In this document: positions 1 to 9,433 of the stretch, piece by piece
How the letters are laid out: each line of letters starts with the position of its first letter
Position numbering within the stretch: the first letter of the stretch is position 1
NCBI GenBank assembly: GCA_964473325.1
Contig: CAYYOG010000003.1
Location: forward strand, 10,478 to 74,477
Origin: an uncultured Thermotogae bacterium
GTDB lineage: Bacteria > Bipolaricaulota > Bipolaricaulia > RBG-16-55-9 > DRXL01
Direction: 5' to 3'
DNA length: 64,000 nucleotides
Made by a program: the position numbers and the translations under genes
The notes under the pieces: generated by a model
The model's input: only the letters and a program-made list of their open reading frames with translations
Databases searched by the model: none
Told to the model about the DNA's origin: nothing

Positions 1-891
1 TTTTTCATAGACGCCGTCTTCAATAATTAATCTTGAGCACGCCGTACAGCGCTGGCCTGTCGTGCCGAAGGCACTCCATAGGATCCCATCTACAGCAAGA
101 TCGAGATCGGCGTCTTCAAGCACGATAATCGGGTTCTTCCCGCCCATCTCCAGATGGACCTTGGCGAGTTTTTCGGCTCCGTACTTATAGATTTCTCGGC
201 CGGTCTCAGTTGAACCCGTAAAGGAGATCCGCGCGACTTTCGGATGCTTGGCCAACGGGATGCCAACGTCGTTGCCGCCGCCAAAGACCAAATTGACGAC
301 TCCCTTAGGCAGTCCAGCGTCTTCTAGGATCTTGACGAACTCATACGCGCAGCGGGGGGTGTCAGTCGCAGGCTTCCAGACGACCGTATTGCCTGCAAGA
401 ATCGCTGGAAAGATCTTCCATGCCGGAATAGCGACGGGAAAGTTCCACGGCGTGATCACCCCCACGACCCCTACCGGGCGGCGAAAGCTAATGCAGTGCT
501 TGAGGGATAGCTCCGACGGGGTCGTATAGCCGAAGAGCCGTCGACCTTCAGCAGCGATATAGTAGGCCATATCTATAGCTTCTTGGACGTCGCCGCGAGC
601 CTCTTTTAAGACCTTGCCCATCTCGCGGGTCATAATCTGGGCTAAATCTTCTTTGTGGCGCTTGAAGCGCTCGCCAATTTCAAAGAGCAGTTCGCCGCGC
701 TTGGGCGCGGGGACCTTGCTCCACTCTCGAAAAGCTCGCTCTGCAGCTTGGACGGCACGCTCGACGTCTTGAGCATTCGACGCGGGGAACTCCCCAAGCT
801 CGTCGCTGGTGTCCGCAGGATTGATCGATTTAAACGTCTTGCCCGTTGCCGAGTCGATCCATTGGCCTTCAATATAGTTCTTATAGAACAT
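1..891 (-). CDS. NAD(P)+-dependent aldehyde dehydrogenase, N-terminal ~297 aa (gene continues past window start)
   Basis: Manual translation of the minus strand from ATG at 889-891: [11 protein letters not shown]...GVITPWNFP...[11 protein letters not shown]...EMGGKNP..., classic ALDH motifs. AAGGGGG SD lies upstream. Not in the ORF track because it runs off the window edge. Confidence 0.85.
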   Translation of the reverse strand, partial: MFYKNYIEGQWIDSATGKTFKSINPADTSDELGEFPASNAQDVERAVQAAERAFREWSKVPAPKRGELLFEIGERFKRHKEDLAQIMTREMGKVLKEARGDVQEAIDMAYYIAAEGRRLFGYTTPSELSLKHCISFRRPVGVVGVITPWNFPVAIPAWKIFPAILAGNTVVWKPATDTPRCAYEFVKILEDAGLPKGVVNLVFGGGNDVGIPLAKHPKVARISFTGSTETGREIYKYGAEKLAKVHLEMGGKNPIIVLEDADLDLAVDGILWSAFGTTGQRCTACSRLIIEDGVYEK

Positions 892-982
892 AGTTAAGCC
901 CCCTTGTTTCTTTAGCGTTGGACCCATTATACCGAACTCTGTTGGTGACCGCTGCTGTCACTTTCTCAAGGGACACAGTCCT

Positions 983-1193
983 GTGGAAAACCTGTGGATA
1001 AAGCTGTGGAAAACCTGTGGATAACCTGTGGATAACTCCCCTCAGCTGACTTTTCCACAGGAGTTTTCCACAGGATTTCCACAGGTTTTCCACAGGGTTT
1101 TCCACAGCCCGACATTTGTATAGTATGTTCTCTTTTTGATGTTCTTAAAAATAAAAAGCGTCGACTGACCGGTCGGTCGAAAAGTTTTCCACA
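983..1193. promoter_or_regulatory. Array of 11 DnaA-box-like 9-mers (TTWTCCACA): 5 in one orientation at exactly 11-bp spacing (983, 994, 1005, 1016, 1027), 5 inverted (1051, 1064, 1075, 1086, 1098), plus one at 1185; candidate oriC DnaA-binding region
   Basis: Direct reading: tgtggaaaa / tgtggataa x5, then ttttccacag / atttccaca x5. All are within 1 mismatch of TTATCCACA/TTTTCCACA. The two blocks form a dyad around 1036-1050. Confidence 0.6.
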
Positions 1194-1260
1194 GGTTTTG
1201 GTCCCCTCTACTACTACTAGAGTATATATACTAAGTATTGTAGTAGTAGAGAACCGGCAG
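1107..1260. repeat. AT-rich tract containing a 46-bp near-perfect palindrome (ctctactactac-N22-gtagtagtagag at 1206-1251, with a perfect AGTATATATACT core) and a GTCGAC...GACCGGTC...GTCGAC palindrome (1159-1180); possible DNA-unwinding element
   Basis: Inverted repeats verified by reverse-complementing the arms. The region is markedly more AT-rich than its flanks. Confidence 0.5.
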
Positions 1261-1261
1261 C

Positions 1262-1300
1262 TACAAAAAACAAGCGAGGGCGTGAAGTCACCTTCACACC
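1262..1300 (-). terminator. Rho-independent terminator for the SBP gene (hairpin gcgagggcgtgaag/cttcacaccctcgc, then a T-run on the minus strand)
   Basis: 14-bp stem with one mismatch. The minus strand reads GCCCTCGCTTGTTTTTTGTAG right after the stem. Confidence 0.6.
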
Positions 1301-1329
1301 CTCGCACCGACGTGCTCTTTATTTAAACT

Positions 1330-3789
1330 TTACCCACCGCGGCAGCGGCCATCCTTGCAGAAGAGGAACAGCTGGTTGGCTAACGGAGCACGCGCGTGAT
1401 TGCGGATCGTGTCCGTGCGGAAGGCTGCGAGGCCGTGACCCACCGTCAGCGGGATGTACGGCAAGTGATTGGCGAAGACGAACTGGGCCTCATCAGCGAG
1501 CTGGCGGAGCTTCGCTTCGTCAGTCTCATCAGCGAGCTGGCGATAGAGCGCGTCCAGCTTCTTCTCGTCTTCGGTGGCGTTAGTGCAGCCTGCACCAGCA
1601 TTGACGTTCCAGAAGTGCAGGTTGCCATCGCACGTGTAGACGTTGATCCCGCTGGCAGGCGCCGAGCCACCCGTCAGACCGATCAAGATGCCCTCGTAGT
1701 CACCAACGGTCAGCTGGTCCACCAACGCTGCGAAGTCCTTCGGTACGGCTGTCACTTCGATGCCGATCTTCTTCAGGTCCGAGGCGATGAGCTTGATCAT
1801 CTCCTCGCGCAGGGTGTTGCCAACGTTGGTGTTAAGCTCGAACTTGAACGGTCCAGCGGGGTTGGTCTGCGGACCGAAGTCATTGGCGAAGTTCGCGGGG
1901 ATGTCGCGGATGCCATCACCGTTGACGTCCTTGATCCCTAGGCTATCTAAGATCTCAGCAGCTTTCTTCAGATCGAAGCGCTTCTTCGCCTGCTCCCAGC
2001 GCGCTAGGACGTCAGCCTTCTGCCCAGGCCGCTCGATGTGATACGGGCTGGGGACTGAGTACTGGGAGTAGATCTCCGTGCCTAGGCCTAGCCGGATGTT
2101 CTTCACGATCGAAGCCCTATCCGACGCGTGGGAGAATGCAAAGCGCACTTGCTTATTCGCGAATGCGGCGCGCAGCGTGGGGTTCTTGGTCGTCCAGCTG
2201 ACCACCCAGAACTCCGTACCCCAGCCAGGAACGCCGGAGTCGATGTCGTCATTGATTGGTAGCCGTCCAGCGGCCTTGTCCGACTGCAAGATCGCGATAT
2301 CTGCCGGGCGCGGGCCGAGGAAGTCCGTCTGGCCGTTGCGGAACTGTTGCAGTGCCAGCTCCAGGCCCTGGGTCGGTGCCAAGAGGATGCGGATCCCCGC
2401 GATGTACGGCATTTGGTTGCCCTTCTCGTCGACGCGGAAGGTGTAGATGTTGCGCACGAACTCTGCGACCGTGTTCGGATCGATCTTGGAGAGCTTGAAC
2501 GGCCCCGCACCGACGATATCTTCAGGCTTGGTGTTGACCCCGTAGACGTTGTTGAAGTCCTTGGGGCTCTTCTCGACGTTGGGAGCGAGCTTCAAGATGT
2601 TCTTCTTCGAGAGGATTTCCACGAACCCTGTATAGGGGAACGGCACATTACTCGCTGGCCTGTCGCAAGTGAAGCTGATCTTGCGCTCATCAATGACCCT
2701 GACCTTGGGGAGGTCCTTACCGCCAGCGCAGTAGAGGGTATCGCGGGTGCTGGTGGCAACCTCCGTTGGGTATACCAAGTTCTCAAACGTGAAGCGCACG
2801 TCTTCAGTTGTGATGGGCGTGCCGTCGGAGAACTTGACGCCCTTGCGCAAGGTGTAGGTGACGGTCTTACGATCTGGGGTCACCTCGAACGCCTCAGCGA
2901 TGGCCCCAGTCTCCGCGCCCACCGGCCCATCGAGCAACGTATCGTGCAGGCGATCCGTGATCAACGTGCTGGCGGTATCGGTCGCGGTGATGGGGTTAAG
3001 GGTGCGCGGCCGGGCAATGGAAGTCGTGGCGTAGATGCCCTTATAGAGCTCAGCTGCCTGTGGGATCTGCTCGTAGAAGATCTTGATATCTACTTTGGCA
3101 TCGCCCTTGGTGCTGATCTGCAGGACGCGATTGGGCCCAAGGCTCTCTTCGATGCCCACGACGGCCTTCTCGCCAGCCTTGACCGTGCCCTTGACGTCCT
3201 TGCCCGCGTTCTTCACAGTCCTGTTGAGCGCGTCCTTCACCTCATAATTCACTTCAGCTGGCCCCTGGTTGGAGATCTCGAGTTCTACCGCAACGCGCGG
3301 CAGGATAGTCTCATCAGCAGGAGCGCCCTGGAATACTAACGTTACAGAGGTCTTCTTCGAGCCAGCTGTGATCGCGATCTCGATGGATTCTTGCTTAGCG
3401 CGGTCGAACCCTGGGACATTGACTGTCACAGACTGCTTCGCTGGAACGGCTCCATCCGCGATCTTGGTGCGCTGGGCGCGCGCGCCTATGCCCACGACCT
3501 TAGTGAGTACGTACGTCAAATCGCCTTCTCCAGCGGTGATGGTGACGGTCTTTGTGCCCTGAGGCAGCCCGAAGGTCACCTCTTGGTTGGGGTCGAGATC
3601 GATGGGCTTGAGCCCGCCGGCTTGCACCGTGCCGCCCTTGAATTCGGCGGACGCCTCGATGGGCTCGCGGTCCATCACCTTCGGATTCTCCGAACAAGCG
3701 GGGATGCACTTGGGCTGAGCCAACCCGATAAACGCGACCGTGGGAACCAACACCGCAACGACAAGCAGCAACGCCAATACTTTCTTCAT
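1330..3789 (-). CDS. ABC transporter substrate-binding protein, family 5 (peptide/nickel type), with signal peptide and a ~270-aa beta-rich N-terminal extension
   Basis: SBP_bac_5-like C-terminal ~520 aa (…GAIAEAFEVTPDRKTVTYTLRKGVKFSDGTPITTEDV…). Start moved to the internal ATG at 3789 (MKKVLALLLVVAV…), which has a perfect AAGGAGG SD; the track ORF 1330..3882 begins further upstream. Confidence 0.8.
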   Translation of the reverse strand: MKKVLALLLVVAVLVPTVAFIGLAQPKCIPACSENPKVMDREPIEASAEFKGGTVQAGGLKPIDLDPNQEVTFGLPQGTKTVTITAGEGDLTYVLTKVVGIGARAQRTKIADGAVPAKQSVTVNVPGFDRAKQESIEIAITAGSKKTSVTLVFQGAPADETILPRVAVELEISNQGPAEVNYEVKDALNRTVKNAGKDVKGTVKAGEKAVVGIEESLGPNRVLQISTKGDAKVDIKIFYEQIPQAAELYKGIYATTSIARPRTLNPITATDTASTLITDRLHDTLLDGPVGAETGAIAEAFEVTPDRKTVTYTLRKGVKFSDGTPITTEDVRFTFENLVYPTEVATSTRDTLYCAGGKDLPKVRVIDERKISFTCDRPASNVPFPYTGFVEILSKKNILKLAPNVEKSPKDFNNVYGVNTKPEDIVGAGPFKLSKIDPNTVAEFVRNIYTFRVDEKGNQMPYIAGIRILLAPTQGLELALQQFRNGQTDFLGPRPADIAILQSDKAAGRLPINDDIDSGVPGWGTEFWVVSWTTKNPTLRAAFANKQVRFAFSHASDRASIVKNIRLGLGTEIYSQYSVPSPYHIERPGQKADVLARWEQAKKRFDLKKAAEILDSLGIKDVNGDGIRDIPANFANDFGPQTNPAGPFKFELNTNVGNTLREEMIKLIASDLKKIGIEVTAVPKDFAALVDQLTVGDYEGILIGLTGGSAPASGINVYTCDGNLHFWNVNAGAGCTNATEDEKKLDALYRQLADETDEAKLRQLADEAQFVFANHLPYIPLTVGHGLAAFRTDTIRNHARAPLANQLFLFCKDGRCRGG

Positions 3790-4081
3790 AAGCTCTCTGT
3801 ACCTCCTTATAGTATCAAGAGAATTTAGGTATTCCAGTTGGTTCGCGCGAGACCAGCTAGAATGAGCACATCGACATGACACTTGTTCCCTTGCCTTCCC
3901 CCAGCAGATTCCTCCTTTCTGTTATAAATTATACATGCCCTCCGTGATAGAATGACACTTTCAGCTGGTTTTCGTTGGAGTTTTCGTTTCACATGGGCTT
4001 TTCCCAGTCTTGCCTTGTGCCCTCTTGCCACAAATTGTATCACAACCAGCGACGCCCTTCAAGTGTCGGTATAATTCAACT

Positions 4082-5794
4082 GTGAACTTAGATGGACTGA
4101 CAATAGCCGCTCTAGTGACCGAATTGAGCGAGAGCCTTGTGGGCAGCCGCGTCCAGGGGATCTACCATCCTCAGCCGGGCTTGATTACCCTAGAGCTATG
4201 GGCTAGGCAAGAGCAAGTATTACTGATAGAGACAGAAAAAAAACCTCGTATTCATCTGACCCATGCTCGCTTCGTTAATCCGCCGCAGCCGTCAGCGTTC
4301 TGTATGCTGTTGCGCAAATATCTGCGCAATGGGATTATCGTCGGAGTGAGCCAGCCTAACCTCGAACGCATTATTGATCTTCGCATTCGGCACGGCGAAG
4401 AGCATCTTTTGCGGGTAGAGCTGTTGAGCAAGCAAGCGAACGTTATTCTGTTGCGCGAGGGGACAGTACTAGGGGCGCTCAAGACTGAGGCAGGGCAGCG
4501 CTCGTTTCGCCCTGGGGAGATCTATCAAGCTCCGCCGAGTCAGGGTAAGCTCGATCCCCGCGCGATGCCCCAAGAAGAGTTTTTCGAGCGTCTGGACCTC
4601 TCCACCGGTCCCCCCCCTAAAGGAGAAAGGGATCGAGGGGGTAGGTTAGGTCCAGAACTCGCTCAGGCGCTCTTTCAGATCTTAGACGGGATCGGGCCGC
4701 GCCTGGCCAAAGAGATCGCCCTGCGGGCTGGACTCGATCCAGCCCAGCCCGTCGCTGCGCTGACAGCAGAACAGCGCCTAGCGCTCTGGAGCGCGACGCA
4801 CCAGCTCTTTGAAAATGCTCTCCAGCACCCATGTCCGTGTCTATATTTTGACGGCGACAAGCCCGTCGATGTCACCCCGCTGCCCTTGAAACTCTACGAG
4901 CACTTGCGGTATGAGAGCCGTCCCACGATCTCTCAAGCGCTTGATGAGCTCTGCTCCCCCCAAGAGCGCGGCATCGCGCACGAGAAGCTCGAGCTCCAAC
5001 AGCTCGTGCGTCAGCATATTACAAAAAGACGCATTACCCTCGAGCACGTCGCCCAAGACCTAGAGAGAGCCAAAGACTGCGAACACCTGAGACACGAGGG
5101 CGAGTTGCTTTTAGCCCATCTCCCAGAGCTCCAGAAGGGGATGAGCGAGATCGAACTCGAAGACTTTCTCGATGGGACGAGAAAGAGAATAAGACTCGAC
5201 CCGGCCCTCGATCCCGTGGAGAACGCTCAGCAGAAGTTCGAGCGCTATAAGAAACTGAAGCGTGCCCAAGAGAAACTGACAGAACGTTTGGAAGAGCTGC
5301 GTCAAGAGTTAGAGTATCTAGAGGGCGCAGAGATCTCCATAGAGCACGCCGAAAGCGAGGCTGATCTTCTTGAAATTCGAGAGGACTTACGAGCTGGGGG
5401 GTATCTCCCCCAAGATTCCCAAAGAATTCAGCCCGCTCAAGCATCAAGCCCACGTGAGTTCGTCATCAAGGGCTATCGGGTTTTCGTAGGGCGTTCGAGC
5501 AGACAAAACGATGAGCTTGTGCGACGCGCATCTCGAGAAGACTACTGGCTCCATGCGCGGGAGCGCCCTGGTGCGCACGTCATCGTCAAGAACCCTAATC
5601 AGCGCGAGATCCCTCGCGAAGTCTTGGAGCAGGCGGCGCAGCTTGCTGCATATTATTCGAAGGGTCGGGATGCAAAGAAGGTCCCGGTCAGCTATACTCG
5701 TGTGAAGTACTTGCGCAAGGGCGGGCGTCCCGGGCTCGTGTTTGTGACTCAAGAAGAGGGCACGCTGCTCGTGACCCCCAAAGGAGATGTGTGA
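4082..5794 (+). CDS. rqcH: RqcH/FbpA (NFACT-family) ribosome quality-control protein
   Basis: NFACT-N-like N-terminus (DGLTIAALVTEL…) and C-terminal NFACT-R/DUF814 (FVIKGYRVFVGRSSRQNDELV…PGAHVIV). Track ORF is 4010..5794; a GTG at 4082 sits 6 nt after TATAAT (4070-4075), suggesting a leaderless start. Confidence 0.75.
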   Translation: MNLDGLTIAALVTELSESLVGSRVQGIYHPQPGLITLELWARQEQVLLIETEKKPRIHLTHARFVNPPQPSAFCMLLRKYLRNGIIVGVSQPNLERIIDLRIRHGEEHLLRVELLSKQANVILLREGTVLGALKTEAGQRSFRPGEIYQAPPSQGKLDPRAMPQEEFFERLDLSTGPPPKGERDRGGRLGPELAQALFQILDGIGPRLAKEIALRAGLDPAQPVAALTAEQRLALWSATHQLFENALQHPCPCLYFDGDKPVDVTPLPLKLYEHLRYESRPTISQALDELCSPQERGIAHEKLELQQLVRQHITKRRITLEHVAQDLERAKDCEHLRHEGELLLAHLPELQKGMSEIELEDFLDGTRKRIRLDPALDPVENAQQKFERYKKLKRAQEKLTERLEELRQELEYLEGAEISIEHAESEADLLEIREDLRAGGYLPQDSQRIQPAQASSPREFVIKGYRVFVGRSSRQNDELVRRASREDYWLHARERPGAHVIVKNPNQREIPREVLEQAAQLAAYYSKGRDAKKVPVSYTRVKYLRKGGRPGLVFVTQEEGTLLVTPKGDV

Positions 5795-6438
5795 TGTCGC
5801 TGGCTATGATTGGAGAGTTCATAGTGGCGTTAGCAGCGTTCTTCTTGGCCGTAGTCTTTCACGAGTACGCACATGGACGCGTTGCGTATGCCTTGGGCGA
5901 TCCCACGGCGCGCGATGCCCGACGCTTGACACTCAATCCCTTCGCGCACATAGACCCCTTCGGCACAGTGATCTTGCCGGTACTGTTAGCCATTGTACGC
6001 TTTATCGCTGGTATGAACGTCCCGATCTTAGGCTATGCCAAGCCCGTCCCTGTCAACCCCATCTACTTTCGTCACCCGTATCAGGGGATGATGCTTGTTG
6101 CTCTCGCTGGGCCGTTTATAAATGTGTTCTTAGCAGGGCTGGGTGTGGGGCTATGGCACGTGGTGAATCTACCGGAGTTGCTGTCGGCCTTTGTCTTTTA
6201 TTTTGTTGTGATTAATAGTATCTTAGCCGTGTTTAATCTGATCCCAGTGCCGCCGCTGGACGGCTCGCGGGTCTTATTGTATCTCTTGCCGGAGTGGGGC
6301 AAGCGCCTCTTAGTGATGCTCGAGCCCGTTGGGTTTGTTATTATATTTCTCTTGCTGTACGCGGGCGTGCTTGAGCATTTGCTGCTCCCCATCGTCTCTT
6401 GGGTAGAAAGGGTACTCTTGGGGGGGCGGTTCAGTTGA
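5791..6438 (+). CDS. Site-2 protease family (peptidase M50) membrane metalloprotease
   Basis: HEYAHG HExxH motif, NLIPVPPLDG motif, multiple TM segments. ATGA start/stop overlap with rqcH. Confidence 0.8.
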   Translation: MMSLAMIGEFIVALAAFFLAVVFHEYAHGRVAYALGDPTARDARRLTLNPFAHIDPFGTVILPVLLAIVRFIAGMNVPILGYAKPVPVNPIYFRHPYQGMMLVALAGPFINVFLAGLGVGLWHVVNLPELLSAFVFYFVVINSILAVFNLIPVPPLDGSRVLLYLLPEWGKRLLVMLEPVGFVIIFLLLYAGVLEHLLLPIVSWVERVLLGGRFS

Positions 6439-6503
6439 AGAATTCCTCAGATCATGGTACAATAAACTTCTGTCCACAAGGAGCGAGGTTGATTACGTAG
6501 CCT

Positions 6504-6752
6504 ATGGAGATACTCAGAGCGCTAGAAATCCCCCTAAAGATAGTGTTCGTGCTAGTCAGTGTGAGCTTGATCGGGATCGTTCTCTTGCAGATGAGCAAGC
6601 ATTCAGGGTTGGGCGGAGCCTTTGGCGCCGGGTCGACGTATACAGTCTTCGGCCGCGAAGAAGAAGCCGATCCCAAACGCACCGCGACCACGTGGTTAGC
6701 CGTAGCGTTCATCGCGCTTGCGTTCGTTCTGACGTATTTTGCCTCGCGCTAG
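6504..6752 (+). CDS. secG: Preprotein translocase subunit SecG
   Basis: 82 aa, two TM segments, central LLQMSKHSGLGGAFGAGS glycine-rich motif typical of SecG. Confidence 0.8.
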   Translation: MEILRALEIPLKIVFVLVSVSLIGIVLLQMSKHSGLGGAFGAGSTYTVFGREEEADPKRTATTWLAVAFIALAFVLTYFASR

Positions 6753-6761
6753 GGAGCCCCT

Positions 6762-7754
6762 ATGGCAAATAATAACAAATTAATTGAGCTTCGGGATCTC
6801 AAGACGTACTTCTATACTGAAGATGGAGTCGTTAAGGCTGTCGATGGTGTGAGCTTCTCTATTGAGCGCCAGAAGACGTTGGGGGTTGTAGGTGAGTCTG
6901 GCTGCGGAAAATCCGTCACGGCCCTCTCGATCATGGGCTTGATCCCCATGCCTCCGGGGAAGATCTTAGAGGGCTCGATCATCTATCATCGCAACGGCCA
7001 AGAGGTTGAGCTCACCAAGCTCGATCCTAAGGGCAAACAATATCGTGAGATCCGGGGCAACGAGATCGCTATGATCTTCCAAGAGCCGATGACCTCGCTC
7101 AATCCCGTCTATACGATTGGGAATCAGATCATGGAAGCGATCATACTCCATCAAAAAGTGGGCAAGCGCGAGGCACGCGAGCGCGCTATCGAGATGCTCA
7201 AAGCCGTGGGCATCCCCTCCCCAGAGCAGCGCATCGATGAGTATCCGCATCAATTGTCGGGAGGAATGCGCCAGAGAGCCATGATCGCTATGGCCCTCAG
7301 TTGCAATCCCCATCTCTTGATCGCTGACGAGCCCACAACGGCTCTCGACGTCACCATCCAAGCGCAGATCTTGGATCTCATGAGAAAGCTCCAAAGCGAG
7401 TTCCATATGGCGCTGATGATGATCACCCACAACTTAGGGGTGATCGCGGAGATGGCCGATGACGTCGTGATTATGTACATGGGCAAGGTGGTCGAAGAAG
7501 CCCCGGTCAAAGATATCTATCACAACCCGACGCACCCGTATACGATTGGGTTAATGGAATCGATCCCAGCGTTGACGCGCAAGAAAGAGAGACTCAAGCC
7601 CATTAAGGGGATGGTGCCTGATCCGTACAATCTGCCCAAGGGGTGCCCCTTTGAGCCGCGCTGTCCTGAAGCAATGGAGATCTGCCGGGAGCAGATGCCC
7701 GAGCTCAAAGAAGTACGCCCCAAGCACCGCGTCGCCTGCTGGGCTCGCTTTTGA
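6762..7754 (+). CDS. oppD: Oligopeptide/dipeptide ABC transporter ATP-binding protein (OppD/DppD type)
   Basis: Walker [17 protein letters not shown] signature, C-terminal oligopeptide-ABC extension with CPF/CP cysteines. Confidence 0.85.
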   Translation: MANNNKLIELRDLKTYFYTEDGVVKAVDGVSFSIERQKTLGVVGESGCGKSVTALSIMGLIPMPPGKILEGSIIYHRNGQEVELTKLDPKGKQYREIRGNEIAMIFQEPMTSLNPVYTIGNQIMEAIILHQKVGKREARERAIEMLKAVGIPSPEQRIDEYPHQLSGGMRQRAMIAMALSCNPHLLIADEPTTALDVTIQAQILDLMRKLQSEFHMALMMITHNLGVIAEMADDVVIMYMGKVVEEAPVKDIYHNPTHPYTIGLMESIPALTRKKERLKPIKGMVPDPYNLPKGCPFEPRCPEAMEICREQMPELKEVRPKHRVACWARF

Positions 7755-7762
7755 GGTGACCT

Positions 7763-8800
<1,038 letters not shown>

Positions 8801-9433
8801 ATGCGCCTGCTGCTCGGCACAAAAAACCCCAATAAAATTAGAGAGATCAAAGAGATCTGCGCTGAGTTTTTACACGTAGAATTGCTCACGTTTTCCGACT
8901 ACCCGTTCTCGGACGTCCTCGAGGACGGAGAGACTTTTGAAGAGAACGCGCGCAAGAAAGCCTATCAGATCTGCGCCCAGACGGGCCTGCCTGTGCTTGC
9001 CGAAGATTCGGGTCTCGAAGTCTACGCTCTCGGTGGAGCACCGGGGGTGCGGTCAGCGCGCTTTGCCGGGGAGCACAAAGACGACCAAGCGAATATAGAG
9101 AAGCTCTTAGCGTTACTTAAGGATAGCAGAGACAGAAAGGCGTGCTTTCGTTGCGTCGCGGTGCTCGTCTGGCCCAGTGGAGATGAGCTTCTCAGCGAAG
9201 GGGTTTTAACGGGACAGATCGCGCTTGCACCACGAGGCACAGCGGGCTTCGGCTACGATCCCGTCTTTATCCCCGACGGATACACGCAAACGCTCGCCGA
9301 GCTTGGCCTACAGATCAAGAATACAATGAGTCACCGTCGTCGCGCCCTAGAGGGGCTTATGCGCCAACTTCAGCAACGGCTTTCTGCTGCTGGGGAGCGC
9401 CTCCATCAGGGGAAGGAGGCGCAGGGCGCTTGA
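8801..9433 (+). CDS. rdgB: Non-canonical purine NTP pyrophosphatase (dITP/XTP pyrophosphatase, RdgB/Ham1 family)
   Basis: [11 protein letters not shown]…[23 protein letters not shown]…GFGYDPVF motifs. TAAATG junction with oppF. Confidence 0.85.
   Translation: MRLLLGTKNPNKIREIKEICAEFLHVELLTFSDYPFSDVLEDGETFEENARKKAYQICAQTGLPVLAEDSGLEVYALGGAPGVRSARFAGEHKDDQANIEKLLALLKDSRDRKACFRCVAVLVWPSGDELLSEGVLTGQIALAPRGTAGFGYDPVFIPDGYTQTLAELGLQIKNTMSHRRRALEGLMRQLQQRLSAAGERLHQGKEAQGA

Noticed and set aside
975-1110. Considered whether the 11-bp tgtggaaaa/tgtggataa repeats could be a CRISPR array or microsatellite
   Set aside because: Units are 9-mers contiguous at 11-bp spacing with no unique spacers, and they switch orientation mid-array. 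The motif matches the DnaA box consensus, so this is not CRISPR.
2347-3339. 330-aa plus-strand ORF (and other long antisense ORFs, e.g. 6966..7430, 10590..11127, 11109..11747, 22474..22803, 56863..57354)
   Set aside because: They lie entirely antisense within well-supported genes (SBP, oppD, rpoC, rarA, FNOR). High GC content generates long spurious ORFs; no motifs or RBS.
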